DNA of 64,000 nucleotides, from contig JASGHJ010000002.1 in assembly GCA_047602405.1 (NCBI GenBank), positions 2,208,001 to 2,272,000 on the forward strand, read 5' to 3'. Shown here piece by piece: positions 19,101-29,300 of this stretch. Position 1 is the first letter of the stretch. Every line of letters starts with the position of its first letter. The translations under genes and the position numbers were made by a program. The notes under the pieces were generated by a model. It had not been told where the DNA came from, searched no databases, and saw only the letters and a program-made list of their open reading frames with translations. The DNA comes from Anaeromyxobacteraceae bacterium. GTDB taxonomy: Bacteria > Myxococcota > Myxococcia > Myxococcales > Anaeromyxobacteraceae.

Positions 19101-20229
19101 ATGACACGCGCCCTGAACTTCAACGCCGGCCCCGCCGCCCTCCCCCTCCCCGCGCTCGAGCGCGCCCGCGACGAGTTCCTCGACTTCGCGAAGAGCGGCA
19201 TGTCGGTGATGGAGCACTCGCACCGCGGCAAGGAGTACGAGGCGGTCCACGACGAGGCCCTCGCCCTGCTCCGCGAGCTCACCGGGCTCCCGGCCACGCA
19301 CGAGATCCTGTTCCTCCAGGGCGGCGCGTCGCAGCTGCTTCGCGCAGGTCCCGATGAACCTCGTGCAGAAGGGCCAGACCGCCGAGTACGTCGTGACCGG
19401 CGCGTGGGGCGAGAAGGCCCACGGCGAGGGCAAGGTGGCGACCGCGATGCTCGGCGGCGCGGCGAAGGTCGCGTTCACGACCGGCACCGGCGAGGGCAAG
19501 GAGAAGTCCTACGTCCGCGCCTCGAAGGCCGGCGAGGTGAAGGCCGACCCCGCCGCCGCGTTCCTGCACGTCACCACGAACGAGACCATCCACGGCGTGC
19601 AGTACGGCGTCGACCCCTCGCGGCCGGTCCCGGACGCGGGCGGCGTGCCGCTCGTCGCCGACATGTCGAGCGACTTCCTCTGGAAGCCGATGGACCTCGG
19701 CCGCTACGGGCTCGTCTACGCCGGCGCCCAGAAGAACATCGGCCCCTCCGGCATCGCGGTCGTCATCGTCTCGAAGGCGCTCCTCGAGGCGGGCCGCAAG
19801 GACATCCCGAAGATCTTCCAGTTCCGCACCGCCGCGGAGAACAAGTCGCTCTACAACACGCCGCCCACCTTCGCGATCTACATGATCCGCAACGTGCTCG
19901 CGTGGCTGAAGGGCTCGGGCGGGCTCGCGGCCGTCGAGGAGCGCAACCGCAAGAAGGCCGCGAAGCTCTACGGCGTCATCGACGCGAACCCCGGCTTCTT
20001 CCGCTGCCCGGTCGAGAAGGAGAGCCGGTCGGTGATGAACGTGGTCTTCCGCCTGCCCACCGAGGCGGACGAGGAGCGCTTCGTCTCCGAGGCGAAGAAG
20101 CAGCGCATGATCGGGCTCAAGGGGCACCGCTCGGTCGGCGGGATCCGCGCGTCGATCTACAACGCCTGCGAGCCGGCCTGGGTCGACGCCCTCGCCGACT
20201 TCATGGCGGCCTTCGCGAAGAAGGGCTAG
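19101..20229 (+). CDS. serC: Phosphoserine aminotransferase; +1 frameshift at ~19338
   Basis: NFNAGPA, MEHSHR, LQGGAS / [32 protein letters not shown]. Confidence 0.93.
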
Positions 20230-21062
20230 CCCGCGCGCGGGCCCGGCGCGGCGGGGAGCCGCCTCACCCGCCGCCCGATGAGCCGCGCGAGCCTCGCCTC
20301 CGTGGGCGGCGGCCCGGTCGCGACCTGGCGGTCGTCCACCCACAGCGCCTCGCCCTCGCCCCACGCGAGCAGGTTCGCGCGGTCGAGGGTGTCGACGTGG
20401 CGCACCTCCACCCGGTCGCCGAAGGCAGCGGCCGCGCGGCGCGCGCGCTCGAACGCGAGGTTCTGCGCGGGGCACCAGCCGCTCAGGCAGCCCGTCACGA
20501 CCACCTTGCCCGGCACGGGCTCCGGACGGCGGCCGGTCGCCTCCGGCCACCGCGGCGGCGTCGCGGCGGGAGAGAACGGCTTCCAGACGAGCCGGGCGAG
20601 CCCGCGGCGCCCGGCGTTCCGGAAGCCGTGCCGGCGGAACCAGGCCGCCCGCATCCAGAACGGGACCGCGAGGCCCCAGGCCGCGAGCCCCGCGACGCCG
20701 CGGGACCGGGCGTCGGCCTCCGCCGCCTCGAGCAGCGCCGTGCCGAGGCCGTGGCCCTGCCGGTCTCCCCGCCCCTGCGCGTGGCCGTGGACCCAGATGC
20801 ACAGGATGGCCTCGAGCCCCTCGCCCACGAAGGGCGAGCGCTCGATGGGCACCGACTGGATCATCCCGGCCGGCTGCCCGTCCGCGTCGAGCGCGAGCTT
20901 CACGCGCAGGCCCTGGTCGCGCATCCGGGAGAGCCAGCGGGCCTTGTGGTCCCCCGCCTCCGCGAGCTCGGAGCCGGGCCAGTCCTCCAGGCACACGAGG
21001 TACGCGGCCTCGTGCTCCTCGGTGAGCGCGATCACGCGCGGGGCCGTTCGCGAGGTGTCCAT
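20226..21062 (-). CDS. GNAT acetyltransferase with a thioredoxin-like C-terminus (YoaP-like)
   Basis: [16 protein letters not shown] acetyl-CoA motif, C-terminal GWCP. Confidence 0.75.
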   Translation of the reverse strand: MDTSRTAPRVIALTEEHEAAYLVCLEDWPGSELAEAGDHKARWLSRMRDQGLRVKLALDADGQPAGMIQSVPIERSPFVGEGLEAILCIWVHGHAQGRGDRQGHGLGTALLEAAEADARSRGVAGLAAWGLAVPFWMRAAWFRRHGFRNAGRRGLARLVWKPFSPAATPPRWPEATGRRPEPVPGKVVVTGCLSGWCPAQNLAFERARRAAAAFGDRVEVRHVDTLDRANLLAWGEGEALWVDDRQVATGPPPTEARLARLIGRRVRRLPAAPGPRAG

Positions 21063-21153
21063 GGAGACCTCCTGCCACCCCGCAGCTTCCCTCCCGGCGC
21101 GCCTCGCCCCGCCGGGGCTCTCGGGTTCGCCCGAAGCGCCGCGACGGAACTCC

Positions 21154-21963
21154 TCACGGCCCCGCCTGGCACCGCGGGCAATGGTAGGTGAGCCGCGCGT
21201 CCGGCCCGCGGCGCGTGAGCGCGATCGGCGCGCCGCAGCGCCGGCAGGGCTCCCCGGCGCGCCCGTAGACCCACAGCGCGCCGCCCGGGCGGAGGCTGCC
21301 GGTGGTGTTGCGCGGCCCGCGGTGACCGGGGGCCGCGTTGACCGCGAGCTGCTTGCGCGCCACCGCGAGGATCCGCTCGAGCTCGGGCGCGGTCACGTCG
21401 GCCACCGCCCGCCGCGGGTGGATCCCGGCGACGAACAGCACCTCCGACTTGAACACGTTGCCGATCCCCGCCACCGCGCGCTGGTCGAGCAGCGCCTCCT
21501 CGATCGCCCGCGCCGGCTCCAGCCTGAGCCGGCGCGTCGCCTCCCCCGCGTCGAAGTCCGGGGCGAGGAGATCCGGCCCGAGCGCGCCGAGCGGTCCGCG
21601 CGGGAGCGCCGAGGCGGGCACGAGCTCGGCCACCGGGATCGCGAAGCCCACGGCGACCGCCTCGGCGGTGTGCACGGCGACGCGCATGAACGCGCGCGGC
21701 CTCCGCCACGGCGCGCCCGCGGGGTAGACGTGCCACGTGCCGTGCATGCGCAGGTGCGTGCGGAGCACGAGGCCGCCCGAGAAGCGCACGAGCAGGTGCT
21801 TGCCGACCGCCTCCACGCGCTCGACGGTGCGCCCCGCGACGGGCGCGTCGGCGTCCGCGCGCGCCAGCGGCGCGAGCACCGTCTCGAAGCGCGTCACCTC
21901 CCGGCCCGCGAGCGCGCGGTGCAGGGTCCGCGCGGTGCGCAGCAGCGTGTCGCCCTCGGGCAT
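21154..21963 (-). CDS. nei: Fpg/Nei family DNA glycosylase (endonuclease VIII-like)
   Basis: N-terminal [30 protein letters not shown] and C-terminal CxxC...CPRCQ zinc finger. Confidence 0.9.
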   Translation of the reverse strand: MPEGDTLLRTARTLHRALAGREVTRFETVLAPLARADADAPVAGRTVERVEAVGKHLLVRFSGGLVLRTHLRMHGTWHVYPAGAPWRRPRAFMRVAVHTAEAVAVGFAIPVAELVPASALPRGPLGALGPDLLAPDFDAGEATRRLRLEPARAIEEALLDQRAVAGIGNVFKSEVLFVAGIHPRRAVADVTAPELERILAVARKQLAVNAAPGHRGPRNTTGSLRPGGALWVYGRAGEPCRRCGAPIALTRRGPDARLTYHCPRCQAGP

Positions 21964-22107
21964 GCATACCCGATAACCCGGATGCCCACCCCGTGCCCTG
22001 CCGGCGCCAGCGTGGGGTGGCCCCCACCCCCGGGTACGACCCCGGCACTCGGCAACGCCGCGTGGCGCGGGCTTCCCACCGGCACGCAGCGTGCTAGGAG
22101 TCGAACC

Positions 22108-22671
22108 GTGCCACCGCAGGTCGACATCAAGGGCGCCAACGTCCAGTACTCCGTCGCCGGCGCGCGCGAGCGCCTGGGCGACGAGGGGTACGCGCGCATC
22201 CTATCGACGCTCACCCCGGAGCACCGCGAGGCGCTCCTCGAGCCGATCCTGGCCGCGGCCTGGGTCCCGCTCGACGCGTACTGCGCGCTCCTCGAGGCGC
22301 TCCTGCGGGAGGAGGACCACGGCTTCACCGGCCGCTTCGTGAAGCGGGCCGAGCTGCTCGGCCAGCGCCACTTCAACACGCTCTATCCGCACCTCGCCCG
22401 GTGCGAGTCGGCGGAGGACCTGCTCCGCAAGGCCGCCGCGGCGCACCGGCTGTACTACCGCGGCTCGGAGGCGAACCTGGCGAGCGTCGAGGCGCGCCAG
22501 GCCGTCGTGCGGTTCACCGGCTTCACCACCCGCCACCGGCTCATGCAGCTCACCATCGAGGCCCTCTACCGCGTGGGCCTCGAGCTCGCGGGGGTGAAGG
22601 GCGCCACGGGGCGCTTCACGGCCCCGATCGAGGACGGCCGCCCCGCCGAGCTCACCCTGCGCTGGAAGTGA
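22108..22671 (+). CDS. Myxobacterial hypothetical protein (DUF2378/V4R-like ligand-binding fold)
   Basis: AGGAG RBS; IKGAN...ARERLGDEG...ILAAAWVPLD...LRWK pattern typical of this myxobacterial family. Confidence 0.6.
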   Translation: MPPQVDIKGANVQYSVAGARERLGDEGYARILSTLTPEHREALLEPILAAAWVPLDAYCALLEALLREEDHGFTGRFVKRAELLGQRHFNTLYPHLARCESAEDLLRKAAAAHRLYYRGSEANLASVEARQAVVRFTGFTTRHRLMQLTIEALYRVGLELAGVKGATGRFTAPIEDGRPAELTLRWK

Positions 22672-22681
22672 CCGCCGCCGG

Positions 22682-23557
22682 ATGCCGACCCGCCCCGCCA
22701 ACCGCCAGAGCTACCGGGCCTTCCTCGCGAGCCGCTGGGCCCCGCGCGCGAGGACGCTCGCGGCGCGCGCGCTGGTCGGGACGCCGCTCCTGCTCCCCCT
22801 CGACGTCCTCCTCACCCGCGGGCTCGCCGAGCCGCCGGGCCTCGGCCGGGTCGCCGCGATCCGGCTCGCCTCGCTCGTGTTCCCCTCCCTCGGCTGGCTC
22901 GTCGCCTGGCGCGCACCCCGCGCCCGCTGGCTGCCCGCGGTGGTGGTGGCGCTCTCGGTCGCCTGGTCCTGGTACACCGACTGGTCCTACCCGGCCCTGG
23001 GCCTCGGCGGGACGAACGTCCAAGCCATCGTCGTCCTGCTCTGCTTCATCACGGCCGCCACGTTCATCCCCGTCCGCCTGCGCGGCCGGCTGGGCGTGTT
23101 CGCCCTCATCGCCGCAGGCCACCTCGCGATCGATCTCGGCACGCCCCAGGCGCGCTCCCTGGCGGCGCGGCTCGTGGACGACGTGGTGCTCCTCGCGCTC
23201 GTCGCCGTGCAGACGGTGGTCTTCGAGCAGTTCGCCGAGAGCAGCCGCCGCCGGTTCATCCTGCACCACAAGCTCGAGGCCAAGGTCTTCGCCCTCGACG
23301 CCGCCCGCCGGGGCGCCGACCGGGCCCTCGCGAAGCTCGGGAGCCTCGCCGCCCGGGTCGCGCACGAGATCAACAACCCGCTCGCCGCCATCAAGGTGAA
23401 CGTGCGGTGGCTCTCGGAGCCGCACGATCCCGCGGAGCGCGGCGAGGTGGTCGCGGACACCCTCGAGGCGGTCGACCGCATCGCGCGCAGCGTGGCCGAC
23501 CTGGAGGCGCCCGCCGTCACGCCCGCGCCGCCCGGCCGCACCCGGACGGTAGGTTGA
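22682..23557 (+). CDS. Membrane protein with a HisKA (H-box) domain but no HATPase domain
   Basis: Several TM helices, then LGSLAARVAHEINNPLAAI; the ORF ends about 55 aa after the His. Confidence 0.75.
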   Translation: MPTRPANRQSYRAFLASRWAPRARTLAARALVGTPLLLPLDVLLTRGLAEPPGLGRVAAIRLASLVFPSLGWLVAWRAPRARWLPAVVVALSVAWSWYTDWSYPALGLGGTNVQAIVVLLCFITAATFIPVRLRGRLGVFALIAAGHLAIDLGTPQARSLAARLVDDVVLLALVAVQTVVFEQFAESSRRRFILHHKLEAKVFALDAARRGADRALAKLGSLAARVAHEINNPLAAIKVNVRWLSEPHDPAERGEVVADTLEAVDRIARSVADLEAPAVTPAPPGRTRTVG

Positions 23558-23652
23558 CCCGCGCCCTCGGGCCCACCCCTGGGTCCAGGTGCGGTCACGC
23601 TCGCCTGGGGCAGAACCCCGTCCCGGCGCGGAGCTAGCCTCGCCGCCGCTCG

Positions 23653-26389
23653 ATGCGCTGCTCCTTCCTCCTCGCGGTGGCCCTCGCGGCCGCGCCCGGG
23701 CCCGCGCCACGCGCCGGCGAGCCGCCGCGCCTCGAGGGCACCGCCTGGCTCGAGGATCCCACCGGCGCGCTGGGCCCCGGCGACGTGCTCGCCCTTCCCC
23801 CGTCCTCGCTCCGCCCGCTCGTGGGCACGGCGAGCGCCGGGTTCGGCAGGTCGCCGCGCTGGATCCGCGCCGAGCTCGTGAACCCGCGGGTCGAGTCCGC
23901 CGACGCGGTGCTCGCGTTCGAGTTCCCGCTCGTCGACACCCTCGATTCTGTTCCTCGCGCGCGGCGAGGGCGGCTTCGAGGCCCGGGCCGGCGGCCTGGG
24001 CCGGTCCACGGGGACGCGGGCGATCGCGTTCAGCGCGGGGGCGCACGTCACGACGATCCGGCTCGCCCCGGGCGAGCGCAGGGCGCTCGCGCTCCGGATC
24101 CGGACCCCGAGCGCCGGCTTCCTCGGGCTCGGGGCCTACGACGCGGACGGGTGGCGGCGCCGGCAGCTCGTGCTCGTGCTGTCGGCCCTGGGCGTCGGCG
24201 GCCTCCTCGTCCTGCTCGTCCTGTCGGCGCGGTTCGGCCTGCGCCGGCGGCGCCGGCTGGACCTCGACGCCTGGGCCTTCCTCGCCTGCCAGACGGTGCA
24301 CGTGGGAGTGGCCTCGGGCCTCGTCCCGACCCTCCTCGAGCTGCCGCCCGCCGCGCTCGCGGGCGGGAAGGCGCTGTTCGCCGGCGTCTCCGCGGGCGCG
24401 GGCGTGCTGTTCCTGCGCGCCTTCGCCGACACCCGGGCCCGGCGCCCCCTGCTCGACCGCGTGCTCGTCGCGGGCGCGGCGCTCGCGTTCGCCGCGAACC
24501 TCCTCCTCCCGTTCGACCTCGTCGCCGGCAACCTCGCGGTCAGCTGGACCGGCCTCCTCGCCATCGGGCTCGCCGCGGTCGGCCTCGGCGAGGCGCTCCT
24601 CTCCGGCCAGAAGGCCGCGCGCACGCTCCTGCCCGGCCTGGTGCTCTTCGCGGGCGCCACCGGGTGGTACCTCCTGTCGCTCGTGACGCTCGCGCCGCCC
24701 TCGCCGTACGTGGTGCTCGTCGAGACCCTCGGCGCGGTGGTGACGGGCGTCTTCATCACGCTCGCGATCTCGCGGCAGGACGAGCTCGAGGTGGGGTCCC
24801 GGACCGGCGCGCTCGAGGCGCTCGTCGCGGAGCGGACCTCCGGGCTGCGCGAGGCGCTCGGCGCGCTCCAGGCCGAGAGCGCCGAGCGCCGGGACGCCGA
24901 GGAGCGCTTCCGGCTGGCCTTCGGCACGAGCCCCGACCCCATGGTGATCACCCGCCTGCGGGACGGGCTCGTGCTCGCGGTCAACCACGGCTTCTGCGCG
25001 CTCCACGGCGTCGCCGAGGCGGGCGTGCTCGGGCGCACCGTGGTCGACCTCGGGCTCTGGCTGGACGCCGGCGCGCGCGCCCGGTTCACGGCCCAGCTCG
25101 CGGCGATCGGCGCGGTGCGCGACTTCGAGGCGGTCTTCCGGGGCGCCGGCGGGGAGGCGCGCACCTGCCTCGTCACCGCGGGCGTCCTGCGCCAGGGCGG
25201 CGTCGACTACGTGTTCTCGGCCGGCAAGGACGTCACCGAGGCGCGGGCCACCGCCGCGCGGCGCCAGCGCCTCGAGGAGGACCTCCGGCAGGCCCAGAAG
25301 CTCGAGGCGGTCGGCCGGCTCGCGGCCGGGGTCGCCCATGACTTCAACAACCTCCTCACCGCCATCAGCGCGAACGTGGGCATGGCGCACGCGAGCCTGG
25401 CCATCGACCAGGCCGATCGCGAGCACCTCGACGACGCGCTCGAGGCGGTGCGCCGGGCGACCGGGCTGACGCGGCAGCTCCTCACCTTCACCCGGCGGCA
25501 GGCGACCGCCCCGAGGCCCGTGGACCTCGACGAGCTCGTGCGGGGCATGGCCCGCATGCTCGGGCGCCTCCTCGGCGAGGACGTCCACCTCGACCTCGCC
25601 CTCGCGGGCGGCCTCCCGCGCGTCCAGGCCGACCCGGGCCAGCTCGAGCAGGTGGTCCTCAACCTCGTGCTCAACGCCCGCGACGCCGTCGGGCCGGGCG
25701 GCCGCATCGTGCTCTCGACGGGCCTCGACCGCGGCGACGGCACCGGTGGCCGGATACGCCTCACCGTCCGCGACGACGGCGCCGGCATGGACGGCCCCAC
25801 GCTCTCCCGGATCTTCGAGCCCTTCTTCACGACGAAGCCCTCGGGCCAGGGGACCGGGCTCGGGCTCTCGACCGTCTACGGCATCGTGCAGGCCCACGGC
25901 GGCTCGATCGTCGTCCACTCCGAGCCGGGCCGCGGCTCGACGTTCGAGGTGTTCCTCGCGGCGCTGCCCGAGGGGACCCGCACGCCGGTGCCCGCGGGCG
26001 CCGCGCGGGCGCCGCTCGGCACCGGCGAGACCGTGCTCGTCGTGGAGGACACCGACATGGTGCGGGAGGCGGCCCGCGCCGCGCTCCGCCGCGCCGGCTA
26101 CCAGGTCCTCGCCGCCGCGAGCGGCCCCGAGGCCCTCGAGCGGCTGGCCGCGCACGCGGGGCCGGTGCACCTCCTCCTCACCGACGTCCGGATGCCCGGG
26201 ATGAACGGCCCGGAGGTGGCGACCCAGGTCAGGCTCGCGCGCCCGGACGTGAAGGTCCTCTTCATGACCGGCTACGGCGGCGAGGTGCTCGACGACGCCC
26301 ACGTGGACCCGCGCGACATCGTCGAGAAGCCATTCGCCCTCGACGAGCTCGCCCGGCGCGTGCGCGAGCGGCTCAGCCGCCCGGCGTGA
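23653..26389 (+). CDS. Hybrid sensor histidine kinase (7TM-DISM-like extracellular/7TM, PAS, HisKA, HATPase, receiver); +1 frameshift at ~23947
   Basis: Signal peptide; WLEDPTGAL..WIR; TM block; AHDFNNLL, NLVLNARDA, FEPFFTTK..GTGLGL, LLTDVRMPGMNG. Confidence 0.85.
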
Positions 26390-29300
26390 CGCGGTCGCGG
26401 CGGCCGAGCTGGAGCCCCTGCGCCCCCGGGGTGAAGCCCGCGGCGACGAGGTAGGCCGCGAGGGGGTGCGCCGGCGCAGGGGCGCCGTCGATCTCCTCGA
26501 CGAGCGCGCCCTCCTGGCGGGCCTGGGCCGCGCGCGCGAGCTCCGCCACCGCGCCCGCCACCGCCTGGCCCACCCGGGAGCGCTCCGGCTCCTCCTCCGG
26601 CAGGAACGCGAGCAGCTGGCGCCCGCCCTTCGCGACCCACGCCCCGGGCGCGCCGTCCACCAGCACCACCTGCGCCCCGACCGCGCGCGCTGGGCGCCGC
26701 GTCGCCTCCGGCCGCGCGGCCGGCCACTCGAGCGCGGCGCCCCACGGGTTCGCGGGATCCGTCGCCGACAGCACCACCACCTCGGGCACCTCGGGCGGCG
26801 CCCGCAGCGAGCGGAGGAGATCCAGCACCGCGGGCTGCGCGAACTGCAGCGCGCCCACCCCCGCCACGAAGTAGCCGCGCCGGATCCGGCCGCTCTCCTC
26901 GAGGTGCCGGAGCACGTCGTAGACGGCGGAGAACCCGCCCGGCAGCCCCTCCCACGCCGCGATCCCGCGGGTGACGACCCCGTGGCGCGCGAGGAGCTGC
27001 TGGGCCATCGCCGCGCTCCACTCGGTGGGGCTCGGCCGCTCGGCGCCGGCTCGCCGGGCCTCGACGAGCGTCCAGCGGCCGCCGCCCGCGGGCGGCGTCG
27101 CGAGCCGCGACCGGAAGCGCTCGGGGCGCCCGGTCGCGACGCGGCGGGCCCGCTCGCGCGCGCCGCCCGGCCCGGCGGCGTAGGCGCGCAGCGCCTGGAA
27201 CGTGTCGTTCGTGACCAGCCCGCGCCACACGAGGCTCCAGAGGGCGTCGAGGGTGGCCTGCTCGTAGCCGCCACCGCACGCGGCGTGGAGCTCCGGGAAG
27301 AAGGAGGCGCCGCGCGCGGCGAGGTGCTCGAGGAGCGCCGCCTCCCGCCCCTCCGGCGGCGGGCCGGCGGGCGCACCCGGCGGCAGGAGGCGCGGCAGCG
27401 CGTCCGCGAGGTAGAGGGCCACCCGCCCGTCGCGCTCGCCGAGCGGCTCGAGCCCCACCCAGGCCACCTCGCCGCCCGCGGCGAGCCGGTCGAGGTCGCC
27501 GCGGAGGTAGCCGTCCACGCGCGCCGGCAGGAGCTCCGTCTCGAGCAGCGACGCCGCGAGCGGCGCGCCCTGCAGCTTCTCGACCGCGTCGAGCACCGCG
27601 TCGAGGCCCCGCCCGCGCCGCACGACGCCGTGCCAGCTCGCGAGGAGCCGCCCGAGCACGGGGGGCTCCACCGGCTCCACCTCCTCGCGCAGGCGCGCGA
27701 GCGAGCGGCGCCTGAGCGAGCGGAGCACCTCCGGATCGCACCACTCCCGCTCGGTGCCGTGCGGGCGGAAGGCGCCCTCGAGGAGCCGGCCCCGCGCGTG
27801 GAGGCGGCGCAGCACCTCCTCGGCCGCGGCCCGGGCGAGGCCGAACCGCGCCGCGAGGTCGCCGGTCGGGAACGGGGCGTGGCGGCGGGCCCACCGCGCG
27901 GCGAGGCCGTCGAGCGCGTCCGGGACCGGCCCGAGCAGCGCCTCCGGGATGCCGGGCGGCAGCGGCACCCCGAGGCCGTCGCGGTAGCGCGCCGCGTCCT
28001 CCACCGCGCAGAGCCGCTCCTCCCCCGCGACCCGGAGCGGCACCGCCCGCCGCTCCTCCACGAGCCGGTCCACCGCCGCGGCGACCTCCGGGGTCGCGGA
28101 CCGCGCCACGAGCTCCGCGCGGGTGAGGTCGCCGAGGCGCAGGAGCAGGTCGGCGAGGCCGTCCACGCTCCGGGCGCGCAGCTCCGGGTCGAGGTGCTGG
28201 AGCTGGGCCTCGAGCGCCGCCATCGAGTCGGCGTCGAGGAGCTCGCGCAGCTCGGCCTCGCCGAGGAGCGCCCGGAGCTGCGCCTGGTCGATCGCGAGGG
28301 CCTGGGCCTTGCGCTCGGCGAGCGGCGCGTCGCCGTCGTAGATGAAGCTCGCGACGAAGCCGAAGAGCAGCGACGCGGCGAAGGGCGAGGGCACGCGCGA
28401 GTCGACGGTCACGGTCCGCACCCGCCGGCCGCGCACGTCGCGGAGCAGCTCGACGAGCGCCGGCAGGTCGAACTGGTCCTGGAGGCACTCGCGGTAGGCC
28501 TCGAGCAGGATCGGGAAGCCCGGGTAGCGGGAGGCGACGTTGAGGAGGTCGGAGGCGCGCTTGCGCTGCTGCCAGAGCGGGGTCCGCTGCCCGGGGCGGC
28601 GGCGCGGGAGCAGCAGCGCGCGGCCGGAGGCCTCCCGGAAGCGGGCCGCGAAGAGCGCGCTCGCGCCGAGCTGGCGCACGACGAGGTCCTCGGCCTCCTC
28701 CGGGTCCGGGAACAGGAAGGAGACGTCGGGCGGCTGATCGGACTCCGGCATCCGCAGCGCGAAGCCGTCGTTCGTCCAGAGGAGCTCGGGATCGACCCCG
28801 TCGCGCTCGCGCAGCCGCGCCGCCGCCGCCATCGACCACGGCGCGAGCACCTGCCCGCCGAAGGGCGTGAGCAGGCACACCCGCCAGTCGCCGTACTCGT
28901 CCCGCGTGCGCTCCACGACGATCGTCCGGTCGTCCGGCACCGCCTTCGTGGCCGCCTCCTGGTCCTCGAGGAACCGGAGCAGGTTCTCGGCCGCGCCGGG
29001 GTCGAGCCGGTGGCGGGCGACGAGCCGGTCACGCGCCGCCGTGCGCGGCACCTCGCGCAGCTCGCGCACGAGCCGCCCGATGCGCCGGCCGAGCTCGAGC
29101 GGGCGCCCGACCTGGTCGCCCTTCCAGAAGGGCATCTTCCCCGGCTCGCCCGGGGCGGGCGAGACGAGCACCCGGTCGTGCGTGATCTCCTCGATGCGCC
29201 AGGTCGAGGCGCCGAGGAGGAACGTCTCCCCGGGGCGCGACTCGAACACCATCTCCTCGTCGAGCTCGCCGACCCGGGTCCGCCCGGCCTTCTCGCCGCC

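Noticed and set aside
22080..22095. Sigma54-like CGGCACG-N4-GTGCT upstream of the 22108 gene
   Set aside because: The GG-N10-GC spacing fits, but the implied start site would fall downstream of the AGGAG RBS, and such matches arise easily at this GC content
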